Assembly: GCA_964016885.1 (NCBI GenBank)
Contig: OZ024743.1
Location: 252,216,001 to 252,280,000, forward strand
Source: Eledone cirrhosa
Taxonomy: Eukaryota
Reading direction: 5' to 3'
DNA: 64,000 nt
Both the position numbers and the translations under genes were made by a program. How positions within the stretch are numbered: the first letter of the stretch is position 1; every line of letters starts with the position of its first letter. The notes beneath the pieces are model-generated. The model saw only the letters and a list, made by a program, of their open reading frames with translations. It did no database searches and was not told where the DNA came from. Shown piece by piece: positions 37,367-50,759 of this stretch.

Positions 37367-38299
37367 ATGCAGAAGTATATATATGTAATTATCTGCGAAT
37401 ATCATTTTTACATTTATGTATATTTGTTTTCATCACACACACAAATATTTTCATATTTATACATATATCTACTCATCTGCACACACACACACACACACTC
37501 ACACTCATACACCTTTATTAATATATATATGTGTGTATGTGTGTATGCAGAAGTTTATATATATGTAATTATCTGCGAATATCATTTTTACATTTTTGTA
37601 TAGATGTATGTTTGTGTACCTCACACATAAATACTTACATATTTCTACATATATTTACGCATCTGAACACACATTCAAACACATGTTTATATAATAAATT
37701 CACAATCCCAAAAATTTACAATGAATAATAAAAGTCCTCAATATAGTTATTTTTATGCACAGTTTGTTCCACTGTAAATGTATTATTCACTTCTGACAGG
37801 GAGAGAGATCTCTATTTCACAGCCTGTATCCTACTTCTCAATATACATAATACATTTAAATATTGTTCTACGTTTGACACAAGTCAAGAAATTTGAAGGG
37901 AAGGGTAAATTCAAATAAATCGAATCCAGTACATTAGTGTTAGTTTATTTTATCAACCATGTAAGGATGAACAGCAAAGACTAGTTGGATTTGCAATCAG
38001 AATGTAAAGGACTGTAACTATATACTGCAAATATGTTGTTTGATGCTCTCAGAATTGTTACAATGATAATAGTGATAGAAAATTGAGTAAAATACCATTT
38101 AGGAGAGAAAATTAGTATCCAGCAGTCAATGTAGTGATTCCATGTTTGAATCTCAACTTTTCAAATTTCAAATCATTCAAATGCCTCAATATATCATAAG
38201 ACTTGTTTAACTATATTTACATTTTGTCAGAATTATTGTTTTGTTACACTTGAGATAATGTCATCATGAACTATTTAAATTTAAATTAAATGTATTTAA

Positions 38300-38625
38300 T
38301 AATTGTTTCTACTTTTGGCACAAGGCCAGCAATTAGCCAGTACATTACTGGTACTTTATTTTATCGCCCCCGTAAGGATGAAAGGCAAAGTTAACCTCGG
38401 CGGGATTTGAACTCAGACCGTAAAGAGTCATAACTATGCTGGAAAGCATGGCGTTCGACCGTCTACCGATACTGCCAATCCACCGCCTTAAATATATTTA
38501 ATAATTGTTTCTACTTTAGGCACAAGGCCAGCAATTACCCAGTAAATTACTGGTACTTTATTTTATCGACGCCGTAAGGATGAAAAGCAAAGGTAACCTC
38601 GGCGGGATTTGAACTCAGACTGTAA
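38300..38625 (-). mobile_element. SINE family 1: one full and one truncated tandem copy
   Basis: Reverse complement of 35687-35875. Confidence 0.8.
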
Positions 38626-39455
38626 ATATATTAAATATATTAAATATATTTAATAATTAACATTATTCTGTCCAACCATGCATGCATGGAAAGCTTGACA
38701 TAGTGCAGGTACCACAACAAAAAGCACCCAATCCACCATGTATGATAGTAGGACTGGTGCCACAACAAGAAAATACATCTAGTCCACCATATAATGTGAT
38801 CATCCTTGTGCCACAACAGAAACACATCCAATCTACTCTGACAGATGGTTGTCCTGGTGCCATGACAAAAAGTATCCAATCCACTCTGTGAAGTGGTAGT
38901 GGAGTGCCACAAAAAAATCTCCCAGTACACATCTTAATGTGGTTGACATGAAAAAAGGTATTCAGCTAGTACAAGTCCCAAACCCCAAACTAGATCTGTA
39001 TAAGCAAAATGTGGTCACATGACCTGGCAAGTCTCATAACATGACAACAAATTTAACCCATGCAAGCATGGGAAATAGATGTTAACTGATGGTAATGATG
39101 ATGATAATCATCATCATCATCTTCGTTTATGTGTTCACTTTTCTGATTCAAGCGACCTCGGGTGCTCTTCACATGAGTCCAGTCATGGCTGGCAGGATCC
39201 TGGGAATATGGATCTTCACCATTCTTTTTCCCATGTGGGACATGTATATCACAATGTGGTCGATTTTACGGGGGGGGGGGGGGGGGGGCAAGTGCTTTAT
39301 ATCACGGGTTTTGGTTTTTAATAATACTGAAAGGGTGCTGAAAAGCCTGCTCCTTGCTATATACTCAATATCTATTCTGATGCATTTCAGTGCAGCCTCC
39401 ATTTCAGAATGTGGGGTCAATTCTACTTTTCGGGTTTGCACTGAAATGTATTTAA

Positions 39456-39675
39456 CCCTTTAGCATTTATATTATTCTATGTATACTATTGTATTTTCAT
39501 GGTAAAGGCTTTATCTCACATAATATCTCATATAATATTGAATCTATGAGATTTTGATATTCTTTATTTCGAGAACAATACTTTAACATTACTATCAGTG
39601 GCCAGTTACTGCCGGTTTGAACAGAAAGAGGTGAGAGAATTCTGGCCAGATATGGTCGGTTTAAATGCTAAAGGG
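39456..39675. mobile_element. piggyBac-like MITE
   Basis: TTAA|CCCTTTAGCATTTA…TAAATGCTAAAGGG|TTAA, a perfect 14-bp TIR. Confidence 0.8.
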
Positions 39676-40342
39676 TTAAATATAAAAGTTTTTCATTGAG
39701 TTGCCGCCATCATCTCAGCTGGAATAGTTAGGTTGTCCTAAGTCTTGACCAATTTTACCAACTTTTATACCTGAGCCAAACATTCTATTTTATCTATCGA
39801 GTCCGTATGGACAAATCTTCTCTATTTTGCTGCTGCAGCAGCGAATGTGCTTTTGTTGTTGTTCTTCACGTTGTTGTTACTGTTGTTCATGTTGTCTTTG
39901 TTATATAGTTGTTGTTTCATTGTTGTTCTCACTTTTGTTTTCACTCTTCTTACTGTTGGTGTTGTTGTCATTAATCCTGTTGTTGCTCTTGTTTGTCTTG
40001 TTCTTGTTGGTAGTGCTGCTGCTGTTATTGTTGGCAATACTGCCTAAAATGGTGTTTGTAAGAGCGGCATTATTCCACTCCACGTTTGAGCCACTGTCAC
40101 ATGATAGTTCGCTTACGATGAGGGGGCATGTACCATCCATGTACAAAAATAAATTAAAATTCAGATATTTGGGCGAAAGGCTTAACTATCATAAAGAGTC
40201 TCCTTCTCAAGGCAAAGGCAGGTGGCTTATATTTTCCTTGAAACAAAATGATTCAACAAATTACAGTTTAAACAAATTAAAACAACAAACTTACTGGAGC
40301 TCAGAATTACACATATTCACACATTAGTCACTAATGATGATG

Positions 40343-40722
40343 ATCATCATCATTTTACATCCGCTTTTCCCTGCTTGCAAGGGTGGGACGGGAACTGATT
40401 CTGGCTTGATTTCTACAGCTGGATGCCCTTCCTAACACCAACCTCATTTACAGTGAGTGCTGGGTGCTTTTTTTGTGGTGGCACCTCCACGACATATTTA
40501 CAGTGTGGGCTGGGTGCTTTTTTGCCATGGCACCTCCACGACCACTTTGCAGTGGAATGATAGGGCCGCAGTCCTATCATCTCATTTCTACAGCTGAGTA
40601 AACTGGAGAAATGTGAAATAAAGTGTCTTGCTCAAGTAAACAACACATCACCCAGTCTGAGAATTGAACTCACAACCTTTCGATTGCAAAACCAATGCTC
40701 TAACCACTAAACCATGTGCCTC
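40343..40722 (-). mobile_element. Full-length SINE family 2
   Basis: Reverse complement of 26597-26938 with one extra internal unit of about 49 bp. ctaatgat at both ends is a possible TSD. Confidence 0.85.
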
Positions 40723-40979
40723 CTAATGATAATAATAATTATTTCTACTTTTGGCACAAGGCCAGCAATTATCCTAGTGTATTACTGGTACTTTATTTTA
40801 TTGACCCTGTAAGGATGAAAGGCAAAGTTAACCTCGGCGGGATTTGAACTCAGACCATAAAGGGCCGTAACTCTTTGCCGCAAAGCATGGCATCCGACCC
40901 TCTACCGATACTGCAAATCTGGCACAAGGCCAGCAATACTGCAATAATAATAATATTAATAATAATAATAACAATAATA

Positions 40980-41235
40980 GAAATCAAGGTCGTCCCGATT
41001 GTCATAGGCGCACTAGGTACTATCTCAAAGAGTTTCGAAGGATGGTTAAAAAAGATTTGTCCAACCCCGCTTTTTGGAACACTTCAAAAGGCATGCTTGC
41101 TGGGAACAGCAAGAACCCTCCGATATGTCCTGAATGTCTGAGGCTGCAGGTAGCGACTTGATGTTCATTTCAACAAACTTTCCAGTTAAATAACATCAAT
41201 GACTGAGACTCAAAGAACAATAATAATAATAATTA
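40980..41235 (+). mobile_element. R4/Dong-clade RLE retrotransposon 3' end inserted in (TAA)n
   Basis: IKVVPIVIGALGTISK…LQKACLLGTARTLRYVL*, short UTR, (TAA)n on both flanks. Confidence 0.85.
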
Positions 41236-42141
41236 TTATTATTATTAATATTATTATTATTAGTAGTAGTAGTAGTATTTTTATTATTATTATTCTATGT
41301 CACCTCTTTTACACAACCTGACCTATAACCTTTCCTATAATGGCCTCTGCATCTTCAGACTATGGAAGACAAACTGAAACCTATTCACTGACTCCGTATT
41401 ATGTATTCATATATTCATTCCTTGTATCAAATGCAAATGAATAATTTCAAAAGTTTCCAGAATTTTCTGAGAATCATAATTGTTTTGTAAATTAGCATAG
41501 AACACTTTGTTCATGCAAGACAATGGCCTATTGGTCTATATATGTATGTATATATAAGTATATACACATGTATATATATATTTATACACACACATATACA
41601 TACATGTATATATATACGCACACATTCGAATATATATTGTGCATTGGTGTCTAATATTTAGTTATATATATAATAAAATATAATATAATATATATATATA
41701 TATATATTATATATGTGGGTGTGTGTGTGTGTATGTGTGAGTTTTCACAGATTTTTCACTTTGAAGCCAATGTCTCTAGACTTTAGAAATTACAGAATTG
41801 GATTTGTAGGTGATGAACTGTCAGGAGAGCTAGATCATTGTTATCATCATCAGCATCCCATAATCATCATGGTCATTGTTTTATGTTTGTTTCCATGCTG
41901 GCAACTTTGCATGAGTCATCTATGTCTGTGAGTAAAATGGTCAGAAAACAATATCTTCCTCATATGTTCCATATTTGGCTTCGTTTTCAGAGCTGAATGC
42001 CCTTCCTAACATCAACCACTAAATATGTTCAGACATTTTTCGTGACATCATGCGGTTGTTGAGTGAAATTCTTAACAAGACAGCTATTCCTTTGTCTCTA
42101 TCTCTCTCTCTATCGCTGTCTCTGTTTGACTCTCTCTCTAT

Positions 42142-42201
<60 letters not shown>

Positions 42202-42203
<2 letters not shown>

Positions 42204-43465
42204 TCATCATCATCACCATTTAATGTCCATTTTCCACGCTAGCATGGGTTAGACAGTTTGTCCTATTTAAGGCTAGTCGAGGTTAGATGAACATGTCTTG
42301 TGCATACTTAACAAATTTTAGCTTAGTTTCTATGGCTGGATGCCCTTCCTAATGCTAGCCACATTTAAAGTGAGTAGTGGGTGCTTTTTGTCATGACACC
42401 TACATGATCACCTTACAGGGCAGACAGTTAGGATGTTGGAAGTGTATGGAAGGGGGGATGAAGGTGAAAGTGGTGCATACCAGATGTATGCTTCAGCATG
42501 TGCACATCAGAGGTGTATAGGAAAGGGGTAGAGGTGTATATTATGTGTATGCTTCAGCCTGTATTCATGGGAAAATGGGTCTTCAGCATTACCGCATAAT
42601 GCCATAGATCTCGGTCCTACGTCATACCCTTTGAGAGGTGCAATTGTGCAAGGTCAGCTTTTATCACCTCATCCCAAGTCTTCCTGAGTCTTCCTACCTC
42701 ATAGCTTGCATCAACATTCTGTGCTCCGTTTCTTTTTATACAGCTCTCATCCTTCATATGCATCACATATCCATACCAACGCAATCTCCTCTCCTGTACA
42801 CTGCATCTGATTCCTCTTATGTCTAGTTTCTCTCTCAGCTTGTTTATGCTTTGCTGTTCATGTATATTTCTATTACACATCCATCGAAGCATGCAAGCTT
42901 CATTTGTGTCCAATTTATGTAAGTCTTCTGCACACAGTGCCTAAGGCCTCACTACAATGCAATATTGCTGCTCGTATACATGTGCCATACAATCTGCTTT
43001 TCAGTTTGAGGGAAAAGCCTTTTGAAGCTGGCAGTGGTAGTAGCTCTCTGAACTTTTTCCACCCTGTCCTCACTCTGGCTACTGAACTTTTAGAAAACTC
43101 ATCTCCACTTCTAATTTGGTCACCTAGGTAGCAAAATCTGTCTATCGCTTCTATCAAACCTGCCCATAATTTGATAGAGCTTGTTTCCTGTGGTTGTTTG
43201 CTCCTTCCTTCTCCAGAGCAACAGCTACATGTAAAACCTACGTTCTTAACTAAACTAGCCGACATCTCATTACATCTCTTGTGTACCCTTAGTTTGCATT
43301 TGGGACAGTGGATGGAATTTCCACCTACCCATTCCTACACACTGAGGATCACATATCTGTTTCCTCTCTACATACTTGGACCTTGGTCTTTGTCAGATTG
43401 ACTTTAAGACCCATTGTTTCTAGACCATGCTTCTAGGTTTGGAATTTTTTCTCTAATTCTGCCAG
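42202..43465 (-). mobile_element. Older RTE copy (same group as 23727-26578)
   Basis: ORFs 42617-42913 and 42915-43265 (FCYLGD…RVRTGWKKFREL; LRWYGYV…GRLRKTW) and a (GAT)n tail. Confidence 0.85.
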
Positions 43466-43739
43466 AAAGACAGAGCCGTGGTGGAAACCAACCTGCATGG
43501 TAAATTCTTCACCCTAGTCGCTGTTAATCCTAACTCTTTTAATGACTCCCATATACATGGCTGGTGCAGCCTTCGCAAGCCGCTTGTATACTTCTAGTTT
43601 TCTAACTATATATATATATTCTTACTTGTAAGATAATGAGATAGATGGACAGTAATAAATGTTAAGGCCCTCCTCGAGGAAGAATGCGTTGCCAAACACA
43701 ATTTAGTTATCAGTGACACAAGAACAGGAAAGTTTGCTA

Positions 43740-45230
43740 ATGTCTAGCGATGTGAGGAAATGTTATTATGAGAGGCTGGTGAATGTGGAGAGTGAATGGG
43801 AGGAAAATAGACTAGCCAGCCCCAATTTACCCAACAGAGAGACAAGCTTTTGAAATTGACAGTTATAGGGACAAAAAGATTTGAAAAATGGTAAAGCCAC
43901 AGAACTGTGAAAGATAGTTCCAGAGATGCTAAAAGCATTAGGGCAAGTAGAAACTAAACTAGTAACCCACATTGTTAATCAGGTAAAGCATGATGGTGTC
44001 ATACCTAATGACTGGTGCAGTAGTACAATCATAAATTGCTACAAGGGTAAAGGTGATACTTAAGAATGGAGCAACTGCAAAGGAATGAATCTAATGGACC
44101 AAGTTATGAAAGTGTTAAATTAAATGAGATGCAGTTTTATGCCTGGCAAAAATATTCCAGATGCCCCTCCTTTGTGAAACAACTAAAGGAAAAGTTGCTA
44201 TATTTAGCTTTCATTGATCTAGAAAAGACCTTTGACAGAGTACCATCTGATATCTGGTGGTCCTTAAAAAAATTAGCTAGAGAAGAATAGCTTGTGAGAG
44301 CAATGCAAGTCATTTACAGAGAAGCTGTCATTAAAGTGAGCATAGGAAGTAACTTTAGTGAGGAAATCAAGATACAGGTATGAGTTGATGAGGGTTTGGT
44401 TCTCAGCCCACTGCAGTTCTCCAGGTCGTAACATGGGATTATAAGATTGGTTGTCCATGCAAGTATGGAAAAATAAACATAAAAACGATAATGATAAGGA
44501 TGATGATATATATGTTGTAAATTAGGTTATAGAAAATGGTGTCATATCCAATGACTGGCCTAGCAACACCATCGTCAACTGCTACAAAGGCAAAGGAAAT
44601 GCACTGGACAGAGAAAACTAGAGAGGCATGAAATTGATGGATCAGGTCATGAAGGTAATAGAAAGAGTTGTAATATAGCTGATTAGGGACCAAGTTGATC
44701 TAGGTGAGATGCAGTTTGGAACTATGCCCAGTAATAGAGGACTGATGCCCTCTTCCTTGTGAGGCAACTACAGGAGAAGAATGTAGCTAAAAGCAAAACC
44801 CTCTACCTGGCATTCATTGACCTGGAAACGCTTTTGAGAGAGTTGCCCATTCCATTATCTGGAGGGCTCTTAGAAAACCAAGACTAGATGGAATGGCTTG
44901 TGAGTAAACTACAAGCCATGTATAGAGGAACAGTCAGCAAGGTTAGAATTAAAAATGACTATAGTGAAGAATTTTCATGCAGTTAGGAGTTTATCAGGGA
45001 TGTGTTCTTAGACCTCTCCTATTTATCATTGTCCGGCCAGCTATAATAGAAGTGTTTAAAACTGGCAGCCTATGGGAAGCTCTGTATGTAGATGATCTAA
45101 TGCACGTAGCTGAATCTATGGCAGAATTAGAGAAAAATTTCCACATTTGGAAGCATGGTTTAGAATGAAAATATCTTAAAGTCAATTTGACAAAAGATTA
45201 AATGCCCATAGTGTTGGTGCCATGATAAAA
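43740..45230 (+). mobile_element. Two overlapping-content degraded RTE RT fragments in tandem
   Basis: Both about 43940-44430 and 44530-45230 contain CYKGKG…KVMKV…LYLAFIDLE. The second reaches GVYQGCVL…LYVDDL. Confidence 0.8.
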
Positions 45231-45908
45231 TGTACCCGGAAGAGTGTGGGAACACATTTTGTAAGTGAGGTGAATCAAAGACATTGTCTTTGACACAGGT
45301 GAGAGTCTTCCCATCCCTTTGTTTATCTGGTTTTCTATTGCTGGATGCCCTTCCTATCACCAACCAGTTCAGAGAGTGTGCTGGATTAATTTATCATGTA
45401 AATCATCTACACTAGGGAGGGTGTCATGTTTTTGGCATGGTTGAAATTCACTACCTAGCTAATAATGAAATTAAAGTAAAGCAAATGGTGCATGTTTTTA
45501 TTGGCATTAGGACCCTCTCAAAATATAACAATGTCTGTTTCAGCACACAATTTCACATCAATAATCTTGCAAAACAAATACAAAAAGGAAATATATATAT
45601 ATATATTAAAAATAGAAAAAATTTCAATCACTACTGTAATCTACTTAATATGTGCTTATATATATATATAGATACATATATGATGACCGATCCAGACGTA
45701 TATTAATATTGTCTGGGGTCCACAAACATTTGGCAATGGAGAAGTTATATTTAATTTGTTGTAATTCCGACAAATATAAATGTTTATAACTGATATAGAG
45801 CACTCAACAGATTACTGGAGTAAATATTCAAGATATTAATAAATGGAGAATTTCCGACCGTTGAGGTTGATTTCCATGGGTATGTCGTTATTTATGAAAC
45901 AAATTTTA

Positions 45909-45973
45909 TTTATTTTTTGATGATAGCGCACCAAGATTGGCTTGGTCGCCCTTGAAATATATATAATAAAATA
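45909..45973 (+). ncRNA. HHR-like motif (family D), C3>U substitution
   Basis: tTGATGA-TAGCGCACCAAG-attgg-CTTGGTCGCCCTT-GAAA-TATATA-TA-ataaaata; homologous to 1934-1999. Confidence 0.55.
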
Positions 45974-46013
45974 AATATGGTTTTATATATATAGTTTCCA
46001 TTTATTAATATCT

Positions 46014-46052
<39 letters not shown>

Positions 46053-47087
46053 TTTTGGGATTGTAATGTCAAGTTACTTTTGGTTCATCAATTATATTAT
46101 ATATATATACACACACACATATATATATATATATAATTTATTTAACTGTATCCAATTAAATTATTTCTAGTCTTGTAGTGATTAATTACATGACATATAC
46201 ATATGCACTCACAGTTCATATAAATACAACATGCGTATATACCAACTCATGATACACTACATTGCTAAAGTTGAATATATATATGTGTGTCTATGTGTAT
46301 AATATTCCATCCCAATCCAAAAAGTATATTTTTGTGCCAATAAATATGTTAGCACCAGCATTATAACAACTCTATAACCAGCAAGCCAACATGTTCAACA
46401 TTATTTTATTCCTAAAATTGATTGAGGACTATTACTGTTTGAACCAAGCAAATCTTGAGATGCCTCAGTTAACACATTTACATTATCTGTTGATTCAGGA
46501 ATGAAGAGTATCCGTTAAAGACTACCATTTTTCTGCTAGAGCTATGATGGATTCATAAGCCACCAGACTAGATAATTGCAGGGTGGGTTGGAGTAATAGG
46601 TTATAAATAAATATTGGCATTTTAGAATTTTATTTGTTTATTTATTTAGTGCGGGAATAATTGTTTTCTTGTCTTCTATAAATGTTAAATTTGGGGAAAA
46701 TTGGTTATAGGCATGTGAAAGGAAAGAGAAAATATTGTAGTAATAACGATGATGAAAATAGTAATGATAATACAAAATGCAAATAATGATTTTGCTAATA
46801 ATAATAATAATAATAATAGGGATGAGGATAATGAAAATAATGTTGTTGGTGGTGATAGTCATGGTTGTGATGATGATGATAATGAGGGCTTGCAATGATT
46901 ATGATCATTATGGAAAAAAAGGAGATGAGAATAAAAGTATTACTTTATAAAATAAATATAATACTAAAATTGGGAAAATATTGAGAAAATAAAACAATAA
47001 ATAAATAATGCGAATAACCCACAATAATAAAATAATAATAATAATTTATATTCTAGTAAGTTATTATCATTATTATATTGTAGTATG

Positions 47088-47257
47088 GGCGGTGGATTGG
47101 CAGTATCGGTAGAGGGTCGGACGCCATGCATAGTTATGTCCCTTTACAGTCTAAGTTCAAATCCCGCCGAGGTTAACTTTGCCTTTCGGGGTTGATAAAA
47201 TAAAGTACCAGTAATGTACTGGGTAATTGGTGGCCTTGTGCCTAAAGTAGAAACAAT
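47088..47257 (+). mobile_element. SINE family 1 with 17-bp target-site duplication
   Basis: tattatattgtagtatg at 47071-47087 and 47258-47274. Confidence 0.85.
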
Positions 47258-47570
47258 TATTATATTGTAGTATGACTTTGTAATGTCTCCTTCATCTCGT
47301 GGGAAATAAAATAAATTATCCTCATCAATTATTGTTATTGTTGTTATTATCTATTATTCAAAGTTAATAGAATCAGGGCTATAATATTATTCTACAACAT
47401 GAGCATGCTGTATACTGCAAAATAATGACAATCAAAATATTACCAAAATCATTATATAATATGGCCTGTATTTTTGCTTTCCTTTTATAAATCACACATC
47501 ACAATCAGAATTATCTTCATCAACCCCTAGTCTTTATTTTAGTGTCTTAATAATGATTCCGTCCTATTAT

Positions 47571-49979
47571 CATCATCAACGTTTAACGTCCGTGTTCCAC
47601 GCTTGCATGGGTTTGGACGGGGGTTTTCCCACTTGAGGCAAGAGTGATTGTCTTGCTCGCATAGGACTGTCTGGCGGGTTTTCTACAGCTGGATGCCCTT
47701 CCTAACACCAACCACATTTACAGTGTGGGGCTGGCAGGTTTTTACCGTGTTGCCTACACGGCCACATTACAGCGTGGACTGTGTGTTTTTTTGTCGTGAC
47801 ACCTACACGATCTCATTTGTTTCGGCCTGGATGTTGTGGCACCAACATAACTTTACATTGAAAAGGGCGGTGTGGATGGGGTGGGGGTGGTGGGACGGGG
47901 GTGTATTTTGTTAGAGATGCCTACTGACTGTAGTAGGTTTTACTTTGTATTTAGGTAAGGCGGGTCTTCTCTATTACTGAGTACCGCCAAAGTTCTCGGT
48001 CCAGTGACATTGTCTTGGAGAGGTGTAAGTGTGTGAGGTCGGAATTTATCAGCTCGTCCCAGGTTTTCCTGGGTCTGCCTACTCCATAGCTACCGTCTAT
48101 CTTTATTGCCCTGCACTTTGTTATACAGCTGTCGTCTTTCATGCGCATCATGTGACCATACCAACATAGCCTTCTCTCGAGTAAACAACATCTAATCCCT
48201 CTTATTTCTAATTTTTTCCTTAGTTCGCTTATGCTTTGCCGTTCACGTATGTTACTATTACACATCCAGCGGAGCATGCAAGCTTCGTTCCTCTCTAGTC
48301 TGCGTATATCCTCTGCACACAATGCCCAGGTCTCACTGCCATGCAACATTGCTGTTCGTATGCAGGCATCATACAACCTGCCTTTCATTTTTAGGGAGAA
48401 CCCTTTAGTGGCTAATAGTGGTATAAGCTCTCTGAACTTTTTCCATCCAGTTCTGACTCTAGCTACTATACTTTCAGAGCACCCTCCCCCACTGCTGATT
48501 TTGTCACCCAGGTAACGAAAGCTATCCACTATTTCTATAGAACCCTCTGCGCAATTGAAAGAGCTAGTATTTTGTGGGCACTTGCTACTACTTATTGCAC
48601 CAGAGCACCGGCCACATGTGAAACCTATGTTCTTAGTTAGCTTACCTGTGATCCCACTACATCTTTTATGCACCCATACTTTGCATTTGGGACATAAAAT
48701 GGAGTTTCTACCTACGCCTTTCCTACACACTGAGCATGGCCATTTCCCGGAAGGGACCGTCGCCTTATTTTCTTTCCTACAAACTAGAACTTTAGTCTTA
48801 GCCAGGTTAATTTTAAGCCCTTTTGATTCTAGGCCATGCTTCCATGTTTGGAATTTATTCTCTAGCTCGGCCATTGATTCAGCTATGAGCGTTAGATCAT
48901 CTGCGTATAGGAGTTCCCATGGGCAGCTGGTCTTGAACTCCACTGTTATAGCCTGAAGGGCAATAATAAATAGTAGGGGGCTAAGAACAGAGCCCTGATG
49001 TACACCACCTTTTACACTAAACTCTTCACTATATTCGTTGTTAATTCTAACCTTGCTGACTGTAATTTATACATGGCTTGTATAGCTCTCACAAGCCATT
49101 CGTCAACACCTAGTTTTCTAAGAGCCCACCAGATAATGGAACGGGGGACTCTGTCGAAGGCTTTCTCCAAGTCGACAAAAGCTAAGTATAGGGGTTTACT
49201 TTTAGCTAGGTACTTCTCCTGTAGTTGTCGTACAATGAAAAGAGCGTCTGTGGTACTTTTGCCTGACACAAAACCGAACTGCATTTCATCTAGATCAATT
49301 CTCTCTCTGATTAGTTGCGCTATAACTTTTTCCGTGACCTTCATGACCTGGTCGATTAATTTAATGCCTCTATAGTTACTCCTATGTAGGGCATCTCCTT
49401 TACCCTTGTAACAGTTAATGATGATGCTGCTACGCCAGTCCTTCGGAACAACCCCATTCTGTATGACTTGGTTTACTATCCGGGTGACCATGGTGTGTCC
49501 CACCGTTCCAGAGGCTTTCAGCATCTCAGCAACTATTTCTGAAGGCCTAGCCGCCTTACCCATCTTCATATCTTTGATTGCCTTACTTATTATACTACCT
49601 TCGACTAACACTGCCGGTCCCTCTATTGGGTCGATGTGGGGGAGACTGTCTTTCTCCCATTTATTCTCCTCATTTAGAAGCCTTTCGTAGTGACACTTCC
49701 AATCTACCTTCTTATCAGCGTCAGTGATGGCAAGTACACCATCATCATTAAGGACACACTTCTCCCCGACAATATCACGGTTTTCCTTGACACATTGCCT
49801 AGCAATCCTGAACACCTCACGTTTTTGGTCCTCACGTTGTAGAACATGCTTGAACTTTATTTCCTCTGCTTCTCTTCTTGCGAAGTACACTTGTCTCCTA
49901 GCTTCTCTCCTGGCCACTTGATAGTCTTCTCTACTTCCCCCATCCCGCCATACTTTCCAAGCCTGCTTTTGCTTTTTGG
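47571..49979 (-). mobile_element. Young 5'-truncated RTE LINE (RT + PHD-like insert)
   Basis: ORFs 49012-49917 and 47951-48943. Candidate TSD cctattat at 47563-47570 and 49980-49987. Confidence 0.95.
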
Positions 49980-50280
49980 CCTATTATATATGTTGTAAAA
50001 CATTCACTCATTCAGAAACACATTAATACATACTGACACATGTTGACATATATAAATATATTCAATTACACTAATACACACTACAGAACATATTAACAAA
50101 TGTTCCGTATTCTAAGAAGAACTGATACATACTAACACACCCTGAACCATAATAATGTACACTAACACATACAATATACACTAATCTATGTCATACGATT
50201 ATGAAAATTAATTTCTATTTCACTATCTTTGCATTGAGACATGAGCTAATATTAATGATACTATTTCTTTAATAATAATA

Positions 50281-50468
50281 ATTGTTTCTACTTTAGGCAC
50301 AAGGCCAGCAATCACCCAGTGCATTACTGGTACTTTATTTTATCGACCCCGTAAGGATGAAAGGCAAAGTCAACCTCGGCGGGATTTGAACTCAGATCAT
50401 AAAGGGACGTAACTATGCTGGAAAGCATGGCGTCCGACCCTCTACCGATACTCCCAATCCACCGCCTT
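50281..50468 (-). mobile_element. SINE family 1
   Basis: Full copy between (AAT)n tracts. Further copies at about 37860-38060, 40740-40920, 52230-52445, 52480-52645 and 55503-55710. Confidence 0.8.
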
Positions 50469-50759
50469 TAATAATAATAATAATAATAATAATAATATTG
50501 CTTTCTTTATTAACCACAAGGGTTGACATAAAGCATAACATTAAGGACAGCACAGGACAGTACAAATGGACATATTAATAATGATAATATTGTTTCTACT
50601 TTTGGCACAAGGCCAGCAATTACCCCAGTGCATTACTCGTTCTTTATTTTATCAACAGCATAAGGATGAAAGGCATAATAATAATGTGTTAAGTTGGCAC
50701 AGCAAGAGTACAAAAGATGACACGGTAATGTTGAAGATATATCTATTGGATGATATCTG

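Noticed and set aside
38700-38930. CRISPR-like array of about 45-bp repeats (also 62200-62460)
   Set aside because: Whole units are degenerate tandem copies from the RTE/SINE 3' UTR with no unique spacers; eukaryotic context with no cas genes.
39089-39463. 124-aa and 90-aa overlapping ORFs
   Set aside because: No motif recognised and interrupted by poly-G; possibly a TE remnant but unsupported.
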